Virus record (IMG/VR): IMGVR_UViG_3300045922_001038
Coordinates: 7,639 to 71,638 of that record
Direction: 5' to 3' (one strand)
Source: a virus
Length of the DNA stretch: 64,000 nucleotides
Part shown: positions 10,543 to 21,401 of the stretch, piece after piece
How the letters are laid out: each line of letters begins with the position of its first letter
How positions within the stretch are numbered: the stretch's first letter is position 1
Position numbers and translations under genes: made by a program
Notes under the pieces: generated by a model
The model's input: only the letters and a program-made list of their open reading frames with translations
The model's database searches: none
Told to the model about the DNA's origin: nothing

Positions 10543-12323
10543 AGCGAATTGGTCGTGTTTAATCCAAGCGAACTGCTCAAGGCTGGGCGGGTGTACCCGT
10601 TTTGCCTAAGGTGGTCCCGCATCGACTTTACGGCTTGCGCGAGCTGCGGGTTCATCCCAAAAATCTGGTCGATGCGGTCGTCCGTAAGGTAAGCCACGTA
10701 ATCAGGGTTGTCCTCCAGCCTTGCTATCGCGGCGGAGGCGTCCCGTTGCGCAAGCATCTCGTATTGGCGGTCTTGGGCCCGTTCCATGGCAAAGTTCCGC
10801 TGCTGCATCTGCATGTTGCGGTACAAGTCGGCCCCGGTTTGCCCAATCCCGGTCATGGCTTGGGTTTGGAATTGGGTAACGGCAGCCTTGCTCCGTGCGT
10901 TCAAGTCTTCCACCCGCCTCATTTCTTGGTCCCGTTGCTGGGCGAACTGGTTCCGCAGCTGCAAATTGGCCGCGTCAATCCCCAAAGCTTCGTTTGCGGC
11001 TTGCGAGTTGATCTGGTTCTGCATCCCCGCGCTGCGAGCGGCGATTATGGCTTGGTTTGCAGCCATCACGGACGGGTTTCCCCCGGCCACTTGCGCCATT
11101 GCCAGACGCTGTTGTTCCAGCACCTGCCTGCGTTGCGGGTTGTAGCGGTCCACGAACATCTGCTCTTCCGGGCGCGTTACAATAGGCTGCACGACTTCCG
11201 GGCGTTCAAGGAACCCGCGCAACGAATTGTACACGTTTGGCAACTGCGTCAACCCTTGCGCAACGGCGCCAAACGGGGTAACCGTTGGAGTTGCTTGTGG
11301 TTGGGTTTGCAATTGGACTTGTGGTTGAGGCACCGCCGGCGCTGGTTGCAAAACAGGGTTTGCCGTCGCGTAAGGCACGTTACCGTATTGCCCGTACTCT
11401 GTTGCGGCTGGGACGCTCCCCATCGTGTTGGACGGCTGGTACGCCGGGACCGGCGGGACGAACTGGGGCATCCACGACGGGTCTCCAGTGTAAGGGGTTA
11501 AACCTGGGAAGGGGTTTGTGTAGTAAGGGGTGTCGTCTTGGTACAAAAACGGGATTGGCCCTCCGTCTTGGTACGCCTCAAACCCAGAAGTGCCTTTCTT
11601 GTACTTGGGGATGTCTATGCGCTTCCCTTTTTTGGCTTGCTCAACAGGTTGGTATGCAGGGGGTTCCATGTTGGGGTTGTTTTCTGCTATCGCGTCCAGT
11701 ACTTGTTTGGTCGCAACGCGGTCCCGCGGCAATTCCAAGCGCAGCCGTTCCAGCTTGGCTTGGTCTCGTTGTTCCCACGCGCGCAGGAATTCTTCGCGCT
11801 TGGCTGCCGGAGCGATGAACTGCCCTGACTTAGCCGTAATAACCTTTCCCCCCTTCGTATGTGGCTTCGCATTTTTGAAGTCTTGGATTAGGTAGATGTT
11901 TCCAGTTTCCGGGTCTTTCCCAAACAAAAGCTCCCCTTTTTCGACTTCTATGGGCTTTGCCATTGCCAACGGGGTTTCCAAATGCTGGGTTCCGTCTTGG
12001 TAAAGGGTAGGGGAAATCTGGCTAGGCTCCCGGCCCAAATTCATACGCTCGACTTCTGCCCTTCGCATGTTTTCCTGCATGGCTTGTTGCCGGGCGGCAT
12101 TGATCGAATTAGCTTTCAATTGGGTGCCGATTGCCCCTACCAACAGTCCAGCCCCGCCTCCTATCGCCGCCCCCACAGGGCCGCCAAAAGTCATCCCCAA
12201 AGACGCGCCTTGCCCGGCAAGGCCCAAAGTAGACCCAAGCTGTTCTGCGGCGGCGTACTCGGGCGGAACTACCACGCGCTGCAACCCCATGGCCGCTTTT
12301 TGCACACATCGTTTTTTCTTCAT
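10533..12323 (-). CDS. Virion cargo protein 1-like (ejected, membrane-interacting)
   Basis: 596 aa; Gly-rich hydrophobic segment GGPVGAAIGGGAGLLVGAIG, IEVEKGE...HTKGG motif, Q/A-rich helical C-terminus; directly after the muzzle gene. Confidence 0.65.
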   Translation of the reverse strand: MKKKRCVQKAAMGLQRVVVPPEYAAAEQLGSTLGLAGQGASLGMTFGGPVGAAIGGGAGLLVGAIGTQLKANSINAARQQAMQENMRRAEVERMNLGREPSQISPTLYQDGTQHLETPLAMAKPIEVEKGELLFGKDPETGNIYLIQDFKNAKPHTKGGKVITAKSGQFIAPAAKREEFLRAWEQRDQAKLERLRLELPRDRVATKQVLDAIAENNPNMEPPAYQPVEQAKKGKRIDIPKYKKGTSGFEAYQDGGPIPFLYQDDTPYYTNPFPGLTPYTGDPSWMPQFVPPVPAYQPSNTMGSVPAATEYGQYGNVPYATANPVLQPAPAVPQPQVQLQTQPQATPTVTPFGAVAQGLTQLPNVYNSLRGFLERPEVVQPIVTRPEEQMFVDRYNPQRRQVLEQQRLAMAQVAGGNPSVMAANQAIIAARSAGMQNQINSQAANEALGIDAANLQLRNQFAQQRDQEMRRVEDLNARSKAAVTQFQTQAMTGIGQTGADLYRNMQMQQRNFAMERAQDRQYEMLAQRDASAAIARLEDNPDYVAYLTDDRIDQIFGMNPQLAQAVKSMRDHLRQNGYTRPALSSSLGLNTTNSLWP

Positions 12324-12325
12324 GG

Positions 12326-15300
12326 CTACCTGTGGTTAGGGCGGAAAAACGTCTTTATGTACCGTAAATCAAACCGCACGCGACTGTTTACGTTGTTGTC
12401 CCAAATATACTTGATCTTTAGAAACTTGCCCTTTAGTTTTTGAAAATAAGACAAGGCAGGCGGAGGTATTGACCCTATCGGTTGGTATAAGTTTGACGTA
12501 GACTCCAATGGCTGCATTTTGTCCACCACCATGTCGCGCGGAATTGCCAGCCTCCATTCGCGGTTTACGTACCTTACATTGTCCACGTTGTAGTTGGTGG
12601 AGGTTGGGTAGGACAGGTTGAAAGCTACCTCGCCTGAGTTTTGGAACTCGTTGTGGTACCTGGCCGCCGCGAAAAACAAGTTGTACAACTTCAAGGAAGT
12701 GTCAATGTCGGTAACTTCCATGTTCACCGTTTGGTTTGTGAACGTCTTGGTTACGTCCGGCAATTCCCGCACCCCAAACTCAATCGAACTTGGAAACGAA
12801 TCCAGCCACGGTGGGACTTGTATGGGGAAGTTTCCAAAATCGCCTACCCCGTGTTCGAAAAACACGAACTCCAAGGTAGACCCGTATTTCTCCACCACTT
12901 GGTTCCCTATGTGGAATGGGTGCGCCAGCCGGTAGGAATGGAACGAACGCCAGATCTTGCCTAGGAAAGAGTACGAAAGGGTATGGTATTTGGTGGAGTC
13001 GTCCGCTTGGTAATTGATCCCCAACAGCACCCTTCGGTGGCGTTGGTCGTAAACGGCCACTATGCCCGTCGCAAACAGGTTGGCCGGGTTGTTGTTGAAG
13101 TTGGGGTTGTACAACGGATGGCCTGCCGAGTAAGGGTTTTGCTGCAACTGTAGGTTGGACAAAAACCATTTGCTCATCCTGCCTTCGTACGATATTTCCT
13201 CCAAGGTGTCGGTCAGCAAGAACACCTTGGCATTCTGCGCATCGACGAAGAAATGCCCAAAAGGGGTAGTTACGGACCCCCATTTGTGCTGGCAGCCGGC
13301 ATACCCGCCGTCAAGGGAAAACAGTTCTTGGCTTGGCTTGGCGAACACCTTTCCAGTCCCTAGGTAAACTTCCCCCAACGTGGAAGCGATAGCCCCCATC
13401 GAATTGAAAAACGTCCGCCACAAAGACGCAGACGTATGCAAGTACAACTCGCCGTTCCAGACAAATTGGTTGGTGATCTCCCCGGAATGTTTTGGAAGGT
13501 CGTGGTAGTCGTTCGGCAGGAATATGCGGTACCTGTCCTGCTGCTCTCCTTCTTCTGAAAACTGCGAGTAGATTGTCCGAGTGGGGAACCTGTTTACAAA
13601 CAACGGGTTTAGCCCAAACGAGAACGTTGGCTTGGTGTTGCTTAGGAGTGAGTATTGTTCATTGTACCCTTTCGCTTGCCCCGCCACCGAATCGTACCCC
13701 CAAACGCTGTCCGGGTCGCTCAAGGAATAAGGGGTACCCGTTGGGTTTGGCCAGTATGGAGGCCCGTAGTTCCCGTTTTGATCCAGTTCCCGGTGCCGGT
13801 ATTCTGCATTCGTAGCGCATTCGACAAAAAACGACGTTACTGTGCGCAGGTGGTGGTTAGCATTTATGCCTTGGTAAGTAACGCCTGCCCCAACCCTCCG
13901 AAAAGCGGCCGAATTTCGGTACGAAAACTGACAAACGAAAGTGTCCCCGTTAAACGCAAAAAAGTACGGTTGACTGCCAAAGTAGATTTTGTCGCCGACA
14001 AATGTTATTTGATTCAGATTAAAATAAAGCGAGTCTATAATCGAGTACTCTTTATTGTCCAAAGTTCCGTATTGAGCCGTCAAATGAACCCGCAAATTGG
14101 ACAAGTATCTACTATGGACACTTTTTGTAAAACTAGAGTTGGAAATGGTAAGATCATACCTGTCCCTGCCCGAAACAGAATTCAAAACAAATGGATAATG
14201 GTATATGTTGTTGGCGCTGTTGGAAGTCGAATTGGTGTCGTTGATAAGGGTCTCGGAGAACCCCACCACGTCGTTAGCGGCAGCGTCGTGCAGCTCAAGC
14301 AGCAAGTAGTCTTCTGTCCCCCTGTTCCACACTTTGGTGCCCTGGACGGCAACCGGAGTAGGAAATGACGAGTCATCTATGTCTAAGTCGGTTGAGAACA
14401 ATGGGTTGGTTTTAACAGGGGATAAAACAGCTGACGATGGGCTGTACGCTTGCTTCCATAACCGTTTTATGGACCTGCGCTGTGAAAGCGTCGCGTTGTA
14501 GTACGGTTCGTACACAATATCAACACCTCCCCAAGCTTCCAAATACCAAGAATGGTTGACGAATTGTTTAGTGTCCGTCGACGCAATGACACGCGGGTAG
14601 TCTTCATTGAGCCGGAGTTCCGGAGTAATATAATTGGGGGACACTTCCCTGTTTGCCAAAATCGTGTCGGGCGACCAAAACCCACAATACCGGCTGCTTA
14701 CGTACCGCGTGTTTTGATCTTTTGTGGAATCGTGGAAGTCCCTTGAAAAAACGAAATGGTACATGAAAGCATCCGCCCCTGGGTGCTGCACATCCGTGTC
14801 TCCGTTCAATGGGTTGAGGTGCAATATGTTGTACCGGGAAACATCGTTGGATTCCAACCACATCGCCTTGTTGTGAAACCCTTGCGCCAGTATAGTCCGG
14901 TTGTTTATCGTGTTGCGTTCCTCACGGCAGAAATATATGCCTTGTATGTTCGATTTAAGCGTTTCCCTAATAAAGGTGTCGGTTATATAACTAAAATCGA
15001 TGTTGTCGAATTTTAGCCCCAATACCCGGACCGAACATTGCGGAGGACTTACAGGGAGATAGGCAAAATGGGGCTCCTGTTTCAGGGTAGGCATGAAATG
15101 GTGGCAAATCGGGAACGGATCACTGGCGCTTATCCCCAATGCCGCGTTCACGGCAGGCGTACGCCAAGATGGTGCGTTATACAACTGGGTGGTTTGCAAC
15201 GATTTGTAAACCCCCACCCGCTTTGACGAAGTGTCCGCCTTAAGATGCTGCTCCCCGGAAGTGGCCATCATGGCCAGCCAATCCGAATAGTCCGAATCAC

Positions 15301-16645
15301 TTAGATGCCGGAACGCAGGTATATGGAAAGCTTCCGACAACGACCCGTCCTTGAAAATAACCCCAAACCCCAGCGAATAGGATTCACCTCGTTGGTACCC
15401 TTTGTTTTTGTAGCAATTGTAAGTGGACTTGTACCCCGGCTTGCTGGATGGGTTTTGCTGAAATACGTCGTAATCAATATTTTTGATGGTGTATGAAACC
15501 ACTATCTCGTTCGCTACTTTTTGCAGCTCTGCGTAGTATTGGGTTTTTTCAAGGTTTGATAGCAGCAGCCGGTTGTCTTTTTGTATTATGTGCGCCGCTT
15601 TCGAGTAGGATATAGGACGTTGTACAATGTCTTCCAATAACAACTCTTGTGAATTGTCAGGAAAATTCCCATCAAACAGAACCTCAATAGAACTTTGGGT
15701 TATCTTGAACCTATTAAACGTGCGGGCCTTAAAACTAAGATCAGAACCTTCCCGGTAAATAACCGCCACTTCAACGTAGTCATAAATAGGGTCTAAGTTG
15801 GATACTGTTAGTTTGATGCTTTTTACCCCGACTGCATTAATGTACCCAATCCCATCGTACGCTATCCAATTGCTTGCCTCGGATTCGTCCACGACAGGAA
15901 TTTGATTGCAAGGCAGCCCAAACGTAGTGGGCAACAGGTCTTTTGAAAGGTACCGGGCAATGAACTGGTACGACCCCGGCTTTACATTCCCGCCGTCCAC
16001 CACCTCGACGAACTCGCATACAGGGAGTTCCATGTCCGCAAACAAAGCAGTTTGCCTAGCGATGTCTATGTAGTCCGTTACTTGGTCTAGGTCGACGTAC
16101 CGGGGGCGGTTTAAGTTGTCGGTGAAATACGCGATCCGGTGCAGGTTGGCAATTTGCCGGCCAGTGGCGTCAACTTGGTAGTGCCGGCTGAAGTTTAACT
16201 TGGACGTTCCTGCGTTGTTCACCGTGAACCCGGTTTTGTATGTAGGTTCTGTACCGGTGAAAGTTAGGCCGTCATTTACCTTGGTGTGATACTGCTTCGA
16301 GGCGTAGTCCCAAATCCCAATCTCGGACCGAAACGGGGCAATGGCCTGCACCAAGAACAACACTTGCCACCGGTAGTAGTTGCCGTCTGGGCCTACCCCG
16401 GTAAGCGGGCAGGAACCAATCACCTGCCAACCGGCGTCGCCCGCATGGGACTCAGTTCGGTCCGCCTCGTAGGCCAATTCAAACCCACGCTCGTTGGACA
16501 GCATGGCCGCGCTGCCGTTGTCGGAATTGTCGACGACATTCCAAGCTTCGATGTACTCGCCGTCTTGCAGGTTGAGCACATCGGCGTCTTTGTTCATACC
16601 TTTCAGGAAGGTATTGACTGCCTGAAGCTTGGTCTGGTTTTCCAT
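12326..16645 (-). CDS. Tail stabilisation / muzzle protein (P22 gp10-like)
   Basis: 1439 aa; N-terminal FLKGMNKD, YFTDNLNRPR, GYQRGESYSLG and GYAGCQHKW motifs typical of crAss-like stabilisation proteins; gene order. Confidence 0.8.
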   Translation of the reverse strand: MENQTKLQAVNTFLKGMNKDADVLNLQDGEYIEAWNVVDNSDNGSAAMLSNERGFELAYEADRTESHAGDAGWQVIGSCPLTGVGPDGNYYRWQVLFLVQAIAPFRSEIGIWDYASKQYHTKVNDGLTFTGTEPTYKTGFTVNNAGTSKLNFSRHYQVDATGRQIANLHRIAYFTDNLNRPRYVDLDQVTDYIDIARQTALFADMELPVCEFVEVVDGGNVKPGSYQFIARYLSKDLLPTTFGLPCNQIPVVDESEASNWIAYDGIGYINAVGVKSIKLTVSNLDPIYDYVEVAVIYREGSDLSFKARTFNRFKITQSSIEVLFDGNFPDNSQELLLEDIVQRPISYSKAAHIIQKDNRLLLSNLEKTQYYAELQKVANEIVVSYTIKNIDYDVFQQNPSSKPGYKSTYNCYKNKGYQRGESYSLGFGVIFKDGSLSEAFHIPAFRHLSDSDYSDWLAMMATSGEQHLKADTSSKRVGVYKSLQTTQLYNAPSWRTPAVNAALGISASDPFPICHHFMPTLKQEPHFAYLPVSPPQCSVRVLGLKFDNIDFSYITDTFIRETLKSNIQGIYFCREERNTINNRTILAQGFHNKAMWLESNDVSRYNILHLNPLNGDTDVQHPGADAFMYHFVFSRDFHDSTKDQNTRYVSSRYCGFWSPDTILANREVSPNYITPELRLNEDYPRVIASTDTKQFVNHSWYLEAWGGVDIVYEPYYNATLSQRRSIKRLWKQAYSPSSAVLSPVKTNPLFSTDLDIDDSSFPTPVAVQGTKVWNRGTEDYLLLELHDAAANDVVGFSETLINDTNSTSNSANNIYHYPFVLNSVSGRDRYDLTISNSSFTKSVHSRYLSNLRVHLTAQYGTLDNKEYSIIDSLYFNLNQITFVGDKIYFGSQPYFFAFNGDTFVCQFSYRNSAAFRRVGAGVTYQGINANHHLRTVTSFFVECATNAEYRHRELDQNGNYGPPYWPNPTGTPYSLSDPDSVWGYDSVAGQAKGYNEQYSLLSNTKPTFSFGLNPLFVNRFPTRTIYSQFSEEGEQQDRYRIFLPNDYHDLPKHSGEITNQFVWNGELYLHTSASLWRTFFNSMGAIASTLGEVYLGTGKVFAKPSQELFSLDGGYAGCQHKWGSVTTPFGHFFVDAQNAKVFLLTDTLEEISYEGRMSKWFLSNLQLQQNPYSAGHPLYNPNFNNNPANLFATGIVAVYDQRHRRVLLGINYQADDSTKYHTLSYSFLGKIWRSFHSYRLAHPFHIGNQVVEKYGSTLEFVFFEHGVGDFGNFPIQVPPWLDSFPSSIEFGVRELPDVTKTFTNQTVNMEVTDIDTSLKLYNLFFAAARYHNEFQNSGEVAFNLSYPTSTNYNVDNVRYVNREWRLAIPRDMVVDKMQPLESTSNLYQPIGSIPPPALSYFQKLKGKFLKIKYIWDNNVNSRVRFDLRYIKTFFRPNHR

Positions 16646-16646
16646 A

Positions 16647-17333
16647 TCACAGGCTCAAGTTTTCGTGGTACACGGAATTGGCAAACCCGATGGTGTATTC
16701 GTGTATACGGGGTATCAGTCGTAGCCAGCTGGTCTTAAGCTGCTCCATGTCGTTTATGGACTGTGGCATCCGGTAATGCGTTTTCGCTTTGTGGCAGTAC
16801 TCCTTCCATTGATCCCGTGCGTACAGGTAATTGAACGTAGGGTCCGAATGAGTGTACCCTCCCATGATCATTTTTGCCAGCACATACCAAAAAAGTGCCT
16901 CACGCACATATGGGTTGTCAGGGATCAATGGAAACCCTTCCGAATCAATAGGAAACGCCAAATACTCAAGCGTCAATTCCCCATCCCTATAACTGGTGTT
17001 TATATAAGGGAAATCGATCGAAAACGAGTAAGGCACTTTTCCTGGCGGGTAAAACGAGTCGTTTTGCTTCGCAAAGACGTCTTGCTGCAATACCTGCCCA
17101 TCGGAATAGTAATCGCAAGGAAGCAAAGCGCGGTGGTTTTCAACCGGCAACGTAATTTGTTTTTTGCACAAGGTGGCATGGATATGGATAAACTCCATCC
17201 CCTCACCGATCCATTCGACGAAATCGTGCCAACGGTCTGAGTTGTCGTCGCGCAAGTTCAAATCCCTAAACACTTTAGAGATTATTTGTTTGCTGCTTAC
17301 ATAATTTTCGCTACTGATTCGCATACACTTCAA
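16647..17333 (-). CDS. Tail ring protein (P22 gp4-like tubular protein)
   Basis: 228 aa; YVSSKQIISKVFRDL...EWIGE and YLAFPIDSEGFPLIPD...EALFWY; immediately upstream of the muzzle gene. Confidence 0.7.
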   Translation of the reverse strand: MKCMRISSENYVSSKQIISKVFRDLNLRDDNSDRWHDFVEWIGEGMEFIHIHATLCKKQITLPVENHRALLPCDYYSDGQVLQQDVFAKQNDSFYPPGKVPYSFSIDFPYINTSYRDGELTLEYLAFPIDSEGFPLIPDNPYVREALFWYVLAKMIMGGYTHSDPTFNYLYARDQWKEYCHKAKTHYRMPQSINDMEQLKTSWLRLIPRIHEYTIGFANSVYHENLSL

Positions 17334-17338
17334 GTTGG

Positions 17339-17848
17339 TTAATCAACGTTGGACTGTATATTTCGTTTTCCGTGGTACCCATTTCGGAACAATTTTTTCT
17401 CCAAAATAGCATTGGACAAAATAGATTTTTTCCGTCTTTGTATACGAAATACATAGTAGCTACAAAATTTGTGTTGTGTTTTTACCCACTTGAATTTATA
17501 GTACTTGTAATTACTGTGCTCGTTAAAGTGATAACATACTTGACGATTCGTAATGGTTTTTTTCCAATCCACACGCAAAGTTTTTGCAGAAGCGACTGAG
17601 TTTTCTTCGATTACGATCTTACCCAGCGATCCCATGTTGATAGGAATACCGCGAAAGATTAAATCATCCAGCACCAACTCCATCATAAAACGGAGTATTT
17701 TACCATATGTTGAATGATGCATCTTCTTTGTTTCGTTCTCAGGCAACAACTTTTCAAATTGTTTATAATGCCGGAACAAATCGATCAGCCTTACTGACGT
17801 GCTATGGTCTTGTCCTGGGACCACTTCTTGTATCGTTCGCTTCGTCAT
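17339..17848 (-). CDS. IHF/HU-like DNA-binding protein (crAss tail-module type)
   Basis: 169 aa, basic; GIPINMGSLGKIVI...VDWKKT...FNEHSNY.YKFKW. Confidence 0.55.
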   Translation of the reverse strand: MTKRTIQEVVPGQDHSTSVRLIDLFRHYKQFEKLLPENETKKMHHSTYGKILRFMMELVLDDLIFRGIPINMGSLGKIVIEENSVASAKTLRVDWKKTITNRQVCYHFNEHSNYKYYKFKWVKTQHKFCSYYVFRIQRRKKSILSNAILEKKLFRNGYHGKRNIQSNVD

Positions 17849-18470
17849 TGTGCGTGGACGTAGTTTGAGCCAAATCAGCCACCACCAATTGAATCAACAA
17901 GTCAACCAAGTAATTAGGCAATGGGTATTTGGATGTCATTTCATCGTAACAAACACCGTTGCAACTATTGATTGCGCTTAATTCGACTGGGTTTTCAAAC
18001 ACAGCTGCGATGCGAATATACTCAATCGTCTTGTTGTTCGTGATGTACAACCGGTTGTTAAGGTAGTACACTTTGGGAAGCTTCGCGGTAAAGCGGCCAT
18101 AGGCATCCCACACGGACCGGTTGGCGGAAACCAACTGGAAATTTTGGCTACGGTCGATAGGGCCTATAAAAGCAAACAGGTTGTTGTACACGCTTGGAAG
18201 CAAGTACTTCGTTTTCAGTATCAAGCAATCGCTTTGGATGTCGCAGCATTCCGACTTGTCCGCCAAGACGGTTTCATAGCACTTGATCTCCTGCAAAAAT
18301 TCGGGGTGAACGGCATCCCGGTTCTTTTGCAAATACTCCTTGATCAAACGGGCCCGTTTGTTGTGTACCAAAAAATCGACCTCCCGGTTTGACAGCAGCT
18401 CGTCGTCAGAAGTCAAACCCCCACGGAGCCTGTCTAAAATGGCATATCGTATTTCGGGCAAGGTGGCCAT
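17802..18470 (-). CDS. Tail ring protein
   Basis: Likely start MATLPEIRYAI at 18470 (TAATG overlap with upstream stop); SDD..LS...V.F....RA.L and AVFENP...YPLP motifs. Confidence 0.65.
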   Translation of the reverse strand: MATLPEIRYAILDRLRGGLTSDDELLSNREVDFLVHNKRARLIKEYLQKNRDAVHPEFLQEIKCYETVLADKSECCDIQSDCLILKTKYLLPSVYNNLFAFIGPIDRSQNFQLVSANRSVWDAYGRFTAKLPKVYYLNNRLYITNNKTIEYIRIAAVFENPVELSAINSCNGVCYDEMTSKYPLPNYLVDLLIQLVVADLAQTTSTHNDEANDTRSGPRTRP

Positions 18471-19255
18471 TACACAAGCATTTTGCCTAAGTACGTAAAA
18501 TGGGCCCTTAGGTTGATGTTGGCGTTGTTGTTTACAATCAACCACACCTCGCCATCGTCCGTGATGGCATACGCACCGTAATTCACCACATCGGGCCCAC
18601 TGTCAGCATCGGACAGCTGGCTTCTGATCGTCGCCGACGATACAGTGGGCGAGCCCATGGAATACAGCGAATGCGGGCAGAATTCAGCCCCTAACTTACC
18701 CAACAGGATACGGGTCCCCCTTGGGTGTGATTGACTTAAAAATCCGCCTTTGACCACTACGTAAACGGTCGCCCCAAGACGATGCGCCTCTATAAGGGGT
18801 GCGCTGCCTCCGACCGTTACAGCAGGGCTTAGGCTGGGGTTTAGACCCGCAAGTGTCGTGTTCGTGATCAATATCGTTTCGCTCGCAGAATACAACGAGA
18901 CAATGTACTTCTTGCGGCTTCCGTCCATCATAGGGACTACATACACGGACGGCAGGCCCGTATCGCCCTCCACTACGGGAAGCTGCTTGGGGGTAGTCGA
19001 CAACGGGTACGTTACCCCGTCTAACACGACTGAATCGTTTTCCGTATCAACGTCGTTTGGCGTGCTTTGGGCTACAATTCCGGCAGACGTTGTCGTAGAC
19101 GCGTCTTCAAGTATGTTGACGCACGAAGCCAACAAGTTTTTGAACGTATTGGAAGACGGGTCGTGGTTAGGCCCAAACCGAACCGAGTTATTGCGGGGGC
19201 TCTTTTGGGCGGTTTCTTGGAAAAACCAGCTGCGAATTCGTTTGGCTACTGTCAT
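18470..19255 (-). CDS. Tail-associated protein (fibre/hub-like)
   Basis: Likely start MTVAKRIRSWF at 19255; beta-rich C-terminus resembling fibre tip domains; in tail block. Confidence 0.45.
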   Translation of the reverse strand: MTVAKRIRSWFFQETAQKSPRNNSVRFGPNHDPSSNTFKNLLASCVNILEDASTTTSAGIVAQSTPNDVDTENDSVVLDGVTYPLSTTPKQLPVVEGDTGLPSVYVVPMMDGSRKKYIVSLYSASETILITNTTLAGLNPSLSPAVTVGGSAPLIEAHRLGATVYVVVKGGFLSQSHPRGTRILLGKLGAEFCPHSLYSMGSPTVSSATIRSQLSDADSGPDVVNYGAYAITDDGEVWLIVNNNANINLRAHFTYLGKMLV

Positions 19256-19257
19256 AA

Positions 19258-19824
19258 TCACAAATGGATTGTAAAAGGGTTGCATTGAACCGTGTCTTCC
19301 AAAATAGTCATATGGTCTATCCCTAAATTGGAAGACGAAACAAAATTTGAAACGAAATCATCCAAGTTTAACTTGAATTTACAAGCCAAAGTTGTTTTTA
19401 CACAATCGTACTTATACTTTGCGTGTAAAATTGCATCACAATCAGAATTGACCCGCAACAATCGTAAGTATTCAACTAACGCAAGTAAGTACATTATTTT
19501 GTAAAACGTTTTGTATGATTTCTCTGTTTCACCTCTAATGGCTTCTTCTTTGTACGCAGCAAAAAGAGTAGCGAACAACGAATCCAGTGTAACGTACAAA
19601 AATGGATTTGGCCGTGTGTCCAACCCCTTGACTTCTTCGCATTTGAACGGTATGAACAAGCCCAAAATGCTTGGGTCGCGCGGGGAGCACCTAAGCTCCA
19701 TGAAATCCGGTATGGTTTTGACCGTCGGATCAGATAGGCTAGGTACAAAGTCTTTCGGGGTATCGATTTCAACATCCACAATCACCTCCAGTCTTGATAG
19801 ATGAAACGTCAGATTGGCATCCAC
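19258..19824 (-). CDS. Hypothetical tail hub-like protein
   Basis: 188-aa ORF, start uncertain; Cys-containing C-terminus; in tail block. Confidence 0.4.
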   Translation of the reverse strand: MDANLTFHLSRLEVIVDVEIDTPKDFVPSLSDPTVKTIPDFMELRCSPRDPSILGLFIPFKCEEVKGLDTRPNPFLYVTLDSLFATLFAAYKEEAIRGETEKSYKTFYKIMYLLALVEYLRLLRVNSDCDAILHAKYKYDCVKTTLACKFKLNLDDFVSNFVSSSNLGIDHMTILEDTVQCNPFTIHL

Positions 19825-21334
19825 AATCCCCCATGATTTTGCACAACTTCTCTAGTTTGTTTAGCAAAACCTCAACGTCAAACAATGACGTCAGTTTGGA
19901 TTTGTACAAAGCGCCTTCAATGTACACTTCGTTTTGGTGTTGCAAGTTTATAATCGAGAACAATAACTGGTATTGTGCCATAAACTTGTTCAACATCCAC
20001 ATGTCTTTTTCCGCACAATGATCGCAACAAGGTTCGTTTTCACTACATAAAATTTTGAGTAGTACATTTAAGTAACATTCCCGTAGATTGCACCAATTGT
20101 ACCACACAAATGTTTTTGTAGTTTCATTTTGTCCTTCTGAAGTACTTATCTGAAACACGTAAATACCGTCTTTGGGCATTGTAATGTCCAGAGTAGATTG
20201 CGGAAGTACAGACAAAAATGAAGTGGAGCTTCCTAAAATAAACGCAGAAGAAGTTGGAATTGGGTAATCAGGTATGGTTTGTCCATAGTAATTTTTTGCC
20301 ACTTGATACAATCGTATCCAGTAAGTCTGAGTAGACGAACAGTTTTCAAACTGGTATGTATTACAGGTGATTTGCGTTACATTGTAATTGTTGCATATTT
20401 CAATGTCTTTAGTGTAGGTTTTTTCACAACAGCAAGTTCCAACTTGGTAAGAAATTGTGTAGGTTCCTTTGCTGTCTAAAGTAAAGACAAGTGATTCTGC
20501 TTCGGTAAATACCAAAGGCTTGCTTGCAGTAGACAAAGTATACGTTTCCGTAGCCAGCACGTTCGTGGTATCCCCAGATTCGTACACTGACATTGTAAGA
20601 GACAATTCATCGCATAGCTGGGTTTCAACCCCTTCGACTGTGTAGCTATAGTCTGGGAATTCTACTATGGAATATGCAGTGATACTCTCGCCTAAAATAT
20701 AACAATCACAGTCGCCTGAAGAGCATGAATTTGTTTGCTCGTCAAAGAATTGAGCTTGTATTTTGAACAACCTTTGTACAATCTCAAACTCAATTTCGGC
20801 AGTTGCTACCGTAGTACCTGAACATCCACAATTACTTCCGTATTGTTTTTTGTAAGCAATAGCTTTTACAAGTTCCCCTTGTACTTGATCATACGTAAAC
20901 TCACTGTTGCATTTATTGAACACTGCAAACAAATTGTTTTTTGCTTGTAGTACTTCTACCCCATTGACTAACCAATCAATTTCGTTAGGTGTGTCAGAAG
21001 ATGTCCAATAAAAATACAGTTCGTTAGAGCATGGTTTTTGGTACCCGTAAATAGAACCAAAAATATCATTCGAATCATGCACCGCATAAGTTATTAGCTT
21101 GATAGGTATCACAAGATCGTACCCAAACACAGTAAACGTAGCCTCGTAAGGCACGTTCAAGCCACTGTCGGATATGATTTGCACGCTTACAACCCCAGTG
21201 TCCCCTAACGCAACAGGCACGGTGTACCCATTCGTCCCGTACGCCAACGGGACATTGTTGAACATTACCACCGAATTGGCGGTCCACGCAACGGGTGCGC
21301 TCGTTTCGTCGGTTACAATGAAATCTAGGTACAT
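19769..21334 (-). CDS. Tail hub-like protein, Cys-rich
   Basis: Likely start MYLDFIV at 21334; many Cys pairs, ends GDCGC; follows the auxiliary capsid gene as crAss tail hubs do. Confidence 0.55.
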   Translation of the reverse strand: MYLDFIVTDETSAPVAWTANSVVMFNNVPLAYGTNGYTVPVALGDTGVVSVQIISDSGLNVPYEATFTVFGYDLVIPIKLITYAVHDSNDIFGSIYGYQKPCSNELYFYWTSSDTPNEIDWLVNGVEVLQAKNNLFAVFNKCNSEFTYDQVQGELVKAIAYKKQYGSNCGCSGTTVATAEIEFEIVQRLFKIQAQFFDEQTNSCSSGDCDCYILGESITAYSIVEFPDYSYTVEGVETQLCDELSLTMSVYESGDTTNVLATETYTLSTASKPLVFTEAESLVFTLDSKGTYTISYQVGTCCCEKTYTKDIEICNNYNVTQITCNTYQFENCSSTQTYWIRLYQVAKNYYGQTIPDYPIPTSSAFILGSSTSFLSVLPQSTLDITMPKDGIYVFQISTSEGQNETTKTFVWYNWCNLRECYLNVLLKILCSENEPCCDHCAEKDMWMLNKFMAQYQLLFSIINLQHQNEVYIEGALYKSKLTSLFDVEVLLNKLEKLCKIMGDCGCQSDVSSIKTGGDCGC

Positions 21335-21342
21335 GGCACGTA

Positions 21343-21384
21343 AAGATAAAAAGAAAGGGGCTGGCCATACGACGCAACCCCTGA
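21343..21384 (-). terminator. Intrinsic terminator/attenuator after auxiliary capsid gene
   Basis: Minus strand AGGGGTTG-loop-CAGCCCCT followed by TTCTTTTT. Confidence 0.55.
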
Positions 21385-21401
21385 CCAAAACTCAAACGAC
21401 A